From Candidatus Electronema aureum (lineage in GTDB: Bacteria; Desulfobacterota; Desulfobulbia; Desulfobulbales; Desulfobulbaceae), in contig NQJD01000020.1 of NCBI GenBank assembly GCA_004284765.1, positions 14,014-46,013 on the forward strand: a DNA stretch of 32,000 bases, written 5' to 3'. Both the position numbers and the translations under genes were made by a program. Shown here one piece after another: positions 1-8,412 of the stretch. Below the pieces are notes generated by a model. The model had not been told where the DNA came from, did no database searches, and worked only from the letters and a program-made list of their open reading frames with translations. How positions within the stretch are numbered: position 1 is the first letter of the stretch; each line of letters starts with the position of its first letter.

Positions 1-639
<639 letters not shown>

Positions 640-841
640 GATGGTGTTTAGGTGGTTCAATCTACGCCACGCCGCCTGAGGGCGGGCGACACGATGATGC
701 GCAGGAAGGCTTAAAACTGCATAGTTTATCAAGCAGATTAGACAGCAAGGGGTGTTCTGTCAAGGATTTTGCGGCGAGATATACAACACCACCTTGACCA
801 ATAGTCCGCCGTAGTTGATGACAGTGTGCTTGATGAAAATG

Positions 842-1897
842 TTACGGGTACGATGAAGAGTTGGAAGCACGACTTCCTTCAAGATGTTTTGGATCGACAT
901 CGCTGGGTATTTGAATTCGATAATCATTAATCTTGACGTTGCTGCCCCATCGATCATCTTTGTTTTCAAAAAGTTTCCAAGGAAAAAGAAACGCATCGAC
1001 TACCTTCCCCTCTCCAACTGTCAGAACACGTAAGTCAAACATACAATCATTATCTGGGTGATGGTTCTTTATCGCAGAGAGAATGGCAGCAAGAGTTGGC
1101 TTGATAACTGTAGGATCAGGATTCGTAGAATACGCTCGTACTGTTTGGCAGATTGGTTGCCGTTGGCCAAGTGATGACAAGCCATGCAGTCTGGTTAAGC
1201 AGTCCAAATTATGGCGCAATGTTCTCTCATGATATTGATCATCAAGAGACCATATTCTATTGACATAATTGAGAACGCTTACAATGGTGAAAGCCAGCTT
1301 GCTCAACTCAACACGACTAATCTCGAATGGATGATTAACGCAACCACCCTTTACTCTTGAGCTTACCCGGAGGACACCATCGTTAGATGTAAAGTGTCTG
1401 TCATGAATTATTGTTCCACGAAACGGTTCTAGAATCTTGTACAAACATATAAGCCTCTCCTTCAACCAAGGTCTTGACTCGATTATGTGGGGAAAGGTTG
1501 GTGATGGAGAGCTTTTCAGACTCTTGATCTTCTCCTCAAACCGGAACGTCTTTTTGCAACCGTTCTGTTCAAGAATCCACTCAATGAGCATATCGAGCAG
1601 CTTGAATGTCGTGATAAAAACAAGTGGTGCTCCTGCAGTTAGGAAGCCTGCTTGCCAAGGAATACCTCCTCCTATAACAAAATTCACTTCACAATAATTG
1701 ACAAAGTTGACCTCCGAGCTATCAACTGGACAGATAAATACATCAGGAATCTTGCGGAACCATGGGGTTTCAATGAATTCAGCAATGTTATAGACAGCTT
1801 CTAAAAACCACGCTTCGTACTCCGTCCGTTCATTAAGAAGACGAAGTGCAGATTTGTCATAGTGTGTCATTTTCTTGTTTCCATTCTTTTCGTGCAA
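842..1897 (-). CDS. hypothetical protein, 351 aa, no recognisable motif; low-GC orphan between argG and argF
   Basis: A long open frame with a TTG start at 1897, preceded by GGAGGTG about 6 nt upstream. An alternative ATG lies at 1870. Sampled 60-nt lines inside the gene are about 42% GC, against about 58% in a sampled argF line. I see no signal peptide or transmembrane segment. Confidence 0.6.
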   Translation of the reverse strand: MHEKNGNKKMTHYDKSALRLLNERTEYEAWFLEAVYNIAEFIETPWFRKIPDVFICPVDSSEVNFVNYCEVNFVIGGGIPWQAGFLTAGAPLVFITTFKLLDMLIEWILEQNGCKKTFRFEEKIKSLKSSPSPTFPHIIESRPWLKERLICLYKILEPFRGTIIHDRHFTSNDGVLRVSSRVKGGCVNHPFEISRVELSKLAFTIVSVLNYVNRIWSLDDQYHERTLRHNLDCLTRLHGLSSLGQRQPICQTVRAYSTNPDPTVIKPTLAAILSAIKNHHPDNDCMFDLRVLTVGEGKVVDAFLFPWKLFENKDDRWGSNVKINDYRIQIPSDVDPKHLEGSRASNSSSYP

Positions 1898-2073
1898 TCT
1901 TCACCTCCAGCACATATCCGCCACCCGTCCGCAATGCTGTCATGTCATGGCGTGGCCAATAATGTGGCGTAATCGTTGCCCCTGATGCTTTAAAAAAACC
2001 GTTAGGCCGTACCGCCGGGTGGTGCTTGCGAAAAAGAAGTGATTGGCGGCACGGTCAGTGTGAGCGATGGAGA

Positions 2074-2994
2074 TCAGGCCACGCCGCAGATCATGGCCTC
2101 CAGAATGGCCTTGTGCATGTGCATCTTGTTCTCGGACTGATCAAACACCACGCTCTGCGGCCCTTCCAGCACCTCTTCGGTGATTTCCTCATCCCGATGC
2201 GCAGGCAGACAGTGGAGGACAACCGCATCGTTGGCCGCACGTGCAAGCAGCTCGGCGTTGAGCTGATACGGGCGGAAAACAGCTAACCGCTTCTCCTTCT
2301 CCTTCTCTTTGCCCATTGAAGTCCAGACATCAATGTTGATCACATCTGCCCCTTGCACTGCCTCTGCTGGGTCACGTAACAAGGTAATCGGCTGCGAAGC
2401 AATCTTGCGGGCGGCTTGGAGAATAGCAGGAGCAGGTTCGTAGCCTTCAGGACACGCGAGAGTCAGCGGAAAGCCCAGCACGGCGGCAGCTTGTATCCAT
2501 GAGTTAGCCATATTGTTGCCGTCACCCAACCAAACAATCTTCAGCTTTTTCGGATCACCCTTCTTCTCAATCACCGTCATCAAGTCGCTGAGGACTTGAC
2601 AGGGGTGGTGCAGATCAGTGAGGGCGTTGATCACCGGCACTTCGGAATAACGGGCCAGTTCTTCCACCACCTGTTGGCCAAAGGTGCGCACAACCAAAGC
2701 ATCGGCGTAACGACACAGCACTCGTGCCATATCTTTAAGCGGTTCGCCCCGGTCGAGCTGTGTTTCTTTTGCCTGAAGAAAGATCACTTGGCCGCCTAAT
2801 CCGTACATGGCTGCCTCAAACGACACCCTTGTGCGGGTGGAGGGCTTTTCAAACAACATGCAGATGCTTTTGCCGGCAAGCTGCTGATGGCGGAGGCCGG
2901 AGGCAGTCTCTTTTTTCAGTGCTGCTGCCCGGTCAAGGAAGGATTGGAGCTGGGCCGGGGTAAAATCTTGTAACGCCAACAAATGGTTGCTCAT
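2074..2994 (-). CDS. argF: ornithine carbamoyltransferase
   Basis: The protein carries the STRTR carbamoyl-phosphate motif (KPSTRTRVSFE), HPCQ (DLHHPCQVLSDL) and HCLPAHR. I place the start at the internal ATG (2992-2994, MSNHLLALQDF...), giving 306 aa. The 41 extra N-terminal codons in the ORF track look non-coding. Confidence 0.9.
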   Translation of the reverse strand: MSNHLLALQDFTPAQLQSFLDRAAALKKETASGLRHQQLAGKSICMLFEKPSTRTRVSFEAAMYGLGGQVIFLQAKETQLDRGEPLKDMARVLCRYADALVVRTFGQQVVEELARYSEVPVINALTDLHHPCQVLSDLMTVIEKKGDPKKLKIVWLGDGNNMANSWIQAAAVLGFPLTLACPEGYEPAPAILQAARKIASQPITLLRDPAEAVQGADVINIDVWTSMGKEKEKEKRLAVFRPYQLNAELLARAANDAVVLHCLPAHRDEEITEEVLEGPQSVVFDQSENKMHMHKAILEAMICGVA

Positions 2995-3204
2995 GATAGA
3001 ATATCTCGATGTTCTGAAAACAGACTGCGCAGGGCCAGCACCCTGAACCCGCGCCAAGGCGGCGCAGGCTGTGCAGCCGAAAAAAGTATTGATATAAGAA
3101 AAAAAGCGGTTTTGCAAAGCAATTCTGCTTTTACTTGATCATTTCTTTAGGAGAGAGGCCAAGAACAGTTTTTGCCTTCTGACCAGCAGCGCGGATGGCT
3201 TATC

Positions 3205-4848
3205 TTATTGCTCCAAACTACTGAGGCCTTTTTTCAGGCAAAAATAGGAGGCAAGACCGCCAATCAGGGCGATAAGCACCAAGGTGCCTATTGAGAGCAA
3301 CAAAGCCAACGAATCGATCTGACCACCACGTAGCCAGAAGCGCAGCAGGCGATAATTGCCGCTGAAGCCGATGACTAACATCAGCAGTTCCATTGCCAAG
3401 CTGACGAACATGAAGAGCATCATGCCGAAACTGCCTTGCGCAGCGGTCCGGCTTTCAATCTTAAAATCAGCGTACATCGCCCCGAAACCAAGAGCTAAGG
3501 CCAGCGCACTCCACGTAATCACTAAACTCACGCCGATAGACACCCACCACATCGGCCCGGTGATTTGTAGCAGGGCGTTAGAGGCAATGATCAGGAAGAG
3601 GATGACCAGCGTAAAGGGGATGCAATAAAAGAGATACTTGCAAAGCAGATATTTTGGCAAAGGCAGCGGCGAAGAACGGATGGCAGCAAAGGCCATGCCT
3701 TCGGCACCGATGGAAGGATAGACGAAACGAGCTGCGAGCGAGGTTGCTAAGAAACCAGCCAAGCCGATATTGGCAAAGGCAATCAGGTTGGCGAGATATT
3801 CGGTGGGCATGGGCGAGCGGTCAAGGGGCAGGGCCTTGAAGTTGTACAAATATACCACAATCAGCGCACCGACCAGAAAGAGCTGCGACCACTCGGCTGA
3901 ATCGCGGAGAAAAAGCTTTGCCTCTTTATGAAAAATGCGGAGCAAAGGCGAGGGACGGTAGTCTTTGCCACCAAAAGTGCGCGAGCCGCCAAAGGATTCC
4001 TGCGCTTTGCTGAAACCGTCGAAGAAGAATTTTTTCATCAGCCATTCCCCGACCCAGAAAAGAATCAACGGAGTGAGCAAAAGCAACCCAGCAGCTAACC
4101 AGTCAACCGTCTGATCTTGGAGATAGCCGCCAAGGAGTAGATTAGCCCAAGAGGGCGGCAGCAGAGCAGAGCCGGGGGTTTGGAGGTTAGAGAGGTAATC
4201 AACAAAGTCGGGGAACTTTTCCGGGTCAGCTAAATCCTCCGGCTTCAGCAGGCGGATGACCAAATAGAGCAGAATACCAAAGAGCAACGACAGATACACC
4301 GCGATATCTTTGGTCTGCTTGGCTGGGAAGAGCCTAACCAGTAAAATCGTTGCGCCGAGACCGATGCCGCTGGCAGTCAGAGCGGTGCTGAGAACGGCAA
4401 GCAGCACAAGCAGATGATAGAACCATCCAGCGGCAAAGACCGTGCCGTAAGCGCCGAAGATCGGCAGCGAAAAAATGACCATCATCCACGAGGTATAGAG
4501 GAACGAGGTCACAAAGCGCATACGAAAGAGCTGCTCTTCTTTGACCGGTGCGCTACACAGGATTTCATTATCCGAAGAAAGATAGAGCGACGATACTGCC
4601 GAAACCATTGATGAAAAAATCAGCATGGCGAACATAATCATCCAAGCCATCTGAAATATCTTCAAGCTGAGGATGATGCCCAGCTCGCTCTGGCTGTGGA
4701 AATAACTAATCGTCCGCAGACTGATCAAATAGAGCGCAACAAAGAGAACTGCGCCGAAGCCAAGTACAGCGGCAGTACGCAGGGAAATCCGACTGCCTCG
4801 AAAGAAGCGGTTGCGGATGCTGAAAAGGAAGGGGCGGAAGAGAAGCAT
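3205..4848 (-). CDS. polytopic integral membrane protein, 547 aa; putative permease partner of the upstream ABC ATPase
   Basis: Hydrophobic segments run throughout the protein, at least 10 putative transmembrane helices by eye. The ATG start is preceded by AAGG. It is the last gene of the same-strand operon that contains the ABC ATPase. No specific family motif was recognised. Confidence 0.5.
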   Translation of the reverse strand: MLLFRPFLFSIRNRFFRGSRISLRTAAVLGFGAVLFVALYLISLRTISYFHSQSELGIILSLKIFQMAWMIMFAMLIFSSMVSAVSSLYLSSDNEILCSAPVKEEQLFRMRFVTSFLYTSWMMVIFSLPIFGAYGTVFAAGWFYHLLVLLAVLSTALTASGIGLGATILLVRLFPAKQTKDIAVYLSLLFGILLYLVIRLLKPEDLADPEKFPDFVDYLSNLQTPGSALLPPSWANLLLGGYLQDQTVDWLAAGLLLLTPLILFWVGEWLMKKFFFDGFSKAQESFGGSRTFGGKDYRPSPLLRIFHKEAKLFLRDSAEWSQLFLVGALIVVYLYNFKALPLDRSPMPTEYLANLIAFANIGLAGFLATSLAARFVYPSIGAEGMAFAAIRSSPLPLPKYLLCKYLFYCIPFTLVILFLIIASNALLQITGPMWWVSIGVSLVITWSALALALGFGAMYADFKIESRTAAQGSFGMMLFMFVSLAMELLMLVIGFSGNYRLLRFWLRGGQIDSLALLLSIGTLVLIALIGGLASYFCLKKGLSSLEQ

Positions 4849-4913
4849 AGTGCCTTGTCGCCTGTTTTGGGTTGATATTCTCCAGTCTTATTCCAACCTG
4901 CCGGAGCGGATAG

Positions 4914-5169
4914 CTTACTTTCCCTGCGGCAAAGTCGCCTTGCTTTGCCATAAAGTCGGTTTACTTTGTCACAAAGCAAGCCTGCTTTATCACGGAGCAC
5001 ACCTGATACGTCTCAAAGAAGACCTACTTTATCGTAAAGCAAGTCTTCTTTGTTGTAAAGTAAGTCTGCTTTGTTGCAAAGAACACCTACTTTGTCACAG
5101 AGCAAACCTGACGCACCTCAAAGTAGACCTGCTTTACGGCAAAGAAAGCCTACTTTTACACAGGCAAAG
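4914..5169. repeat. tandem array of 12 imperfect 21-bp units (the first unit is 25 bp); consensus about CCTRCTTTRYNRYAAAGNAAG with a CTTT-N5-AAAG inverted core
   Basis: Units start at 4914, 4939, 4960, 4981, 5002, 5023, 5044, 5065, 5086, 5107, 5128 and 5149. An example is tttaCTTTgtcacAAAGcaag, where CTTTGTCACAAAG (4964-4976) is a perfect 13-bp palindrome. There are no spacers between units. Confidence 0.9.
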
Positions 5170-6001
5170 CCGGATTAAGCAACTTTAACACCGCGATTTC
5201 CGGGTAGCAGTTAAAGCGCACCGGATAAATAGCCCAACCTATGCCTCGGCTGATAAAGAGTTTGGTTTTCTCGGTGATAATCAGGCCACTCGAATAGTGC
5301 TTGTTCTGCACAGGCAGCACGGGCGGGCCAAAAAAAGGCAGCACTATCTGCCCGCCGTGTGTATGGCCGCTTACCACCAGTGAAAGCGGCGTTTTGAACG
5401 ATGTATCCACTGAGTCGGGGTTATGAGCGAGGAGAATCCGGCATTCGTTTTCCTCTGAATTGGCAAAGGCTTGGTCGATCTTCAATTGATCTTCCCAAAG
5501 ATCGCCTCCACCGCCAAGGACGAGCCGTTCCTGGCCCCGTTCAATCACTTTGCGCTGATGACGAAGATTCTGCCCGCTCCGTTCCAGCCAGTAGAGGGAA
5601 CGTTCCGTGTCTGCCGAATGATCATGATTGCCTAAGACCGAGAATACGCCGTGCCGCGCTTGCAGCTGCATCAAGATTGGCCAGACCTGATCAATCTCTG
5701 CCGTGGTGTTTCTTTTATGCACATAATCGCCAGTGCAAAATATGGCATCAGGACGCAGGGCATTGGTTCGTTCCACTACCTTTTGAATAAAGGCGGCAGA
5801 AACGAACCGACCGAGATGCAGATCAGTCAGATGGGCAATTGTGAACCCGTGAAAGGAAGGCGGCAAATTGGCAATTGAAATCTGGTAGCGGTTGACGAGA
5901 ACAATGTTTCGTTCAATGAAGACCGTGTAGCTGCCTGCCAAGGCAGTAGCAAGGCCATAGGCAGCCAGTCGGAGCACGGCCCTGCGACTAATGCCACTCA
6001 C
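5156..6001 (-). CDS. calcineurin-like metallophosphoesterase with a twin-arginine-type N-terminus (YaeI-like)
   Basis: It has the metallophosphoesterase motifs LTDLHLG, CTGDYVH, GNHDH and GHTHGGQ. The N-terminus, MSGISRRAVLRLAAYGLATALAG, looks like a Tat signal or signal anchor. Its GTG start overlaps the ATPase stop codon (GTGA, 5998-6001). Confidence 0.8.
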   Translation of the reverse strand: MSGISRRAVLRLAAYGLATALAGSYTVFIERNIVLVNRYQISIANLPPSFHGFTIAHLTDLHLGRFVSAAFIQKVVERTNALRPDAIFCTGDYVHKRNTTAEIDQVWPILMQLQARHGVFSVLGNHDHSADTERSLYWLERSGQNLRHQRKVIERGQERLVLGGGGDLWEDQLKIDQAFANSEENECRILLAHNPDSVDTSFKTPLSLVVSGHTHGGQIVLPFFGPPVLPVQNKHYSSGLIITEKTKLFISRGIGWAIYPVRFNCYPEIAVLKLLNPALPV

Positions 6002-6774
6002 GCGCTTTTCAATGCCTCAATCACCTGCCGCATCTCCCAAGCACCGGTTAGCTCCAGGAAGATATCCTCCAGATTAAGGCTCTGATCTGCCTTGCCCGCC
6101 TGGTTGCGCAGTTCCTCCATCGTGCCGATGACACGTAGGGTGCCATTGGTGATGATGGCGATCCGACGGCAGAGTTCTTCCGCAATTTCTAACGAGTGTG
6201 TTGAAAGAAAGATCGCCGTACCCGCCGCAGCCTTTTGCTTAAACAGTTCTTTAACAATGCGGGCTGATTTAGGATCAAGGCCGACCATTGGTTCGTCAAT
6301 GATCATCAGCGGTTGGTCAAGCATCAGCACTGAAGTCATGATCAGCTTTTGGCGCATCCCGTGCGAATAGCTCTCAATCAGATGATCCTGCCACTTGCCG
6401 AGATCAAAGATATCTAAATAGTTCTGCGATTCCGCACTGAATCGCTGCTCCGGGAGCTGATAAAGGCTGGCGATGAACTTCAGATACTCGCTGCCGGTCA
6501 GTTTTTCAAACAGCCAAGGCCGGTCAGGGACGTAGCCGGTGTCCTGTTTGCAAGCAAGAGGCTGTTCAATCAGCGAATGACCGTTGATCAGCACTGTGCC
6601 GCTATCCGGTTGTAGCAGCCCGGCCAGTATCTTGATCGTCGTGGTCTTGCCTGCGCCGTTTGGGCCAAGGAAACCGAAGATTTCCCCGGCAGCAACTTCA
6701 AGACTGATATCGTTGACAGCGGTGAAGTCAGCGAACGATTTGCACAGATTGTTTATTTGTAGGATGGGGTTCAT
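5998..6774 (-). CDS. ABC transporter ATP-binding protein
   Basis: It has Walker A (GPNGAGKTT), a signature-like YSHGMRQKL, Walker B (LMIIDEP) and an H-loop (LSTHS). Confidence 0.9.
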   Translation of the reverse strand: MNPILQINNLCKSFADFTAVNDISLEVAAGEIFGFLGPNGAGKTTTIKILAGLLQPDSGTVLINGHSLIEQPLACKQDTGYVPDRPWLFEKLTGSEYLKFIASLYQLPEQRFSAESQNYLDIFDLGKWQDHLIESYSHGMRQKLIMTSVLMLDQPLMIIDEPMVGLDPKSARIVKELFKQKAAAGTAIFLSTHSLEIAEELCRRIAIITNGTLRVIGTMEELRNQAGKADQSLNLEDIFLELTGAWEMRQVIEALKSA

Positions 6775-6785
6775 GATTGCAGCTC

Positions 6786-8240
6786 TTACTTATTCGGCAG
6801 AATCTCAATCTTTAGCTTACCCAGCAATCCGCCAATCGCAACTTGCCCTTCCACATCAGCACGAGTGAAGCGAATATGGTAAAGATCAGCAGGGAGCTGG
6901 TTAACGGTTGTATCAAGACTGACCCACTGGCCGTTAATACAGACCTCATTCCAAGCATGGTAATAGAATGCACCCTTATGCAGAGTAACTCCAACGGCAA
7001 TGGTAGTAGAAATACCGAGGCTTCTACTCAATGCAGCGAACAACGCCGCGTGTTCATTGCAGTCGCCGACACCGTTTTCCAAGGTGGTGATAGCATCGGG
7101 CAGACCAATGACTGGCCTTTTCTCTATGTTCTTATAGACCCAATCCGCTAACAGTCTGACTTGTGTCGTCGGATCATGCTCTTTACCGACAATTTCCTTG
7201 GCTTTGGCGATAATGGTATCATCTTTAACCTGCACGTAACGGCTGCCTCGCAGGTATTTCTCCTCAGCACAGCCTGCTGCATCCTTCTGTCCGGTAGTGT
7301 TCAGCGGAGGAAAAGCCTCCTGAGTGATAACTAATCTCCCCGCAGCCCATTGCTGCCGTCCGCCGTTCAACTCTACTGCTGCCTCGGCGGGAAAATGGAG
7401 CTGATACACGGCAGTTGCGCTGTTTTCTGGCGATAACGTACCTGAATACTGCACTGCCACCGCTGCTAACAGCTCATCACCGCTATCTTGGATGTCCATC
7501 GCCTTGAACTTAGGCTCTGCTTCAAAGACGAAACCCGCCGGTGACTCCTGTTTGATGATTTTGCCTTCGTCGTCTATCCAAAAAGTAGTATTCATGCCAG
7601 CATACGACTCGGTAAACTCATGCAACTTATGCACTCGCCCGCTGATCAGCTCCTTGTCGCGACCCTTGTATGTGATAATCGATTCGTGTGGAGTTAAGGT
7701 GAGAGGATCAATAAAGGGAATCTTGAGTTTGTCGCCCGCCTTGCTGAGTTTGGTCAACAGATAACCGCGCTGGTTAAGCGGCAACAGAGGCTTGTCCGGC
7801 AGCGAGATGGAATCTTTAATGATCGTCTGGCCTGTGTCTAAGGTAAAATGAACCGTGTTTCCCTCTGTCCGACCTTCAGCTTTGGTGCTGGAAAAAGGGG
7901 AAGAGAAGGTGAACTGGAAACTTTTGAGGCGCATTCCACTGTCTAATTCCGCACTGAGGTTCATCTGCATCGGCTGGACACTCTTAACTACCTTGAGCTT
8001 GAGCGATGCTTGCTGTTGGACACTGTATCCACCGCTATCAAGAGGGCGGAAATCCTCCATCACATAACCGATGCGTTTGCCGTGCAGATACACACCATAA
8101 TATTGCTGATACTTTGCTGTGAGTAGGACAGCTTGTTCGCTGCTGTCTAAGGAGGAGATAAAGAAATCGCGCTGCACCAATAAACCCAGCAAGAGCAGCC
8201 AGCAAGAGATGCAAACAATTTTGAGAAGACGGGAGGTCAT
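6786..8240 (-). CDS. membrane-anchored transglutaminase-like (Cys-His-Asp) domain protein
   Basis: The C-terminal part has a transglutaminase core: GVGDCNEHAALFAAL, then YYHAWNEV, then SLDTT. The start is placed at the ATG at 8238-8240 (MTSRLLKIVCISCWLLLLGLLV, an N-terminal transmembrane segment). The ORF track extends to a TTG at 8375, so the start is uncertain. Confidence 0.7.
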   Translation of the reverse strand: MTSRLLKIVCISCWLLLLGLLVQRDFFISSLDSSEQAVLLTAKYQQYYGVYLHGKRIGYVMEDFRPLDSGGYSVQQQASLKLKVVKSVQPMQMNLSAELDSGMRLKSFQFTFSSPFSSTKAEGRTEGNTVHFTLDTGQTIIKDSISLPDKPLLPLNQRGYLLTKLSKAGDKLKIPFIDPLTLTPHESIITYKGRDKELISGRVHKLHEFTESYAGMNTTFWIDDEGKIIKQESPAGFVFEAEPKFKAMDIQDSGDELLAAVAVQYSGTLSPENSATAVYQLHFPAEAAVELNGGRQQWAAGRLVITQEAFPPLNTTGQKDAAGCAEEKYLRGSRYVQVKDDTIIAKAKEIVGKEHDPTTQVRLLADWVYKNIEKRPVIGLPDAITTLENGVGDCNEHAALFAALSRSLGISTTIAVGVTLHKGAFYYHAWNEVCINGQWVSLDTTVNQLPADLYHIRFTRADVEGQVAIGGLLGKLKIEILPNK

Positions 8241-8412
8241 GGCAAGATCACAGAAAGGAATGCTCAAAGTCCCTCGGAAAAGCAGCTGTTCGCTCAGAGA
8301 CGACAGAACAGCTGCTTCAAGATGACAAAAATCGGTACGTACCAAAAGAATACAACACGGCTGGCTGGCCGTCAACGTGATGCAGTGGAAATGCGAAGAT
8401 CATCTTCTCACT

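Noticed and set aside
716-733. ACTGCATAGTTTATCAAG upstream of argG as a possible ArgR (ARG box) operator.
   Set aside because: It has about 4-5 mismatches to the 18-bp TNTGAATWWWWATTCANW consensus, and only a single box is present where functional operators are usually paired. That is too weak to call without a position weight matrix scan.
760-996. A 78-aa minus-strand ORF overlapping the 3' end of the 351-aa orphan.
   Set aside because: It is out of frame and overlaps the longer ORF. It has no RBS and a low-complexity sequence.
1985-2030. An A7/T7 run (1992-1998) downstream of argF as an intrinsic terminator.
   Set aside because: A T-run exists on the minus strand, but I could only pair a 3-bp stem in front of it. 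I did not list it as a feature.
4914-5169. The possibility that the short palindromic repeats form a CRISPR array.
   Set aside because: The units are directly contiguous with no unique spacers, are only 21 bp long and are degenerate. No cas genes are in the window.
4811-5188. A plus-strand ORF of 125 aa whose product would be a K-x-x-L-L-C-H heptad repeat protein.
   Set aside because: The frame stays open only because the 21-bp repeat unit is a multiple of three and has no stop codon in that phase. It runs antisense over the permease start and the phosphoesterase stop, and it has no RBS. I treat it as a by-product of the DNA repeat.
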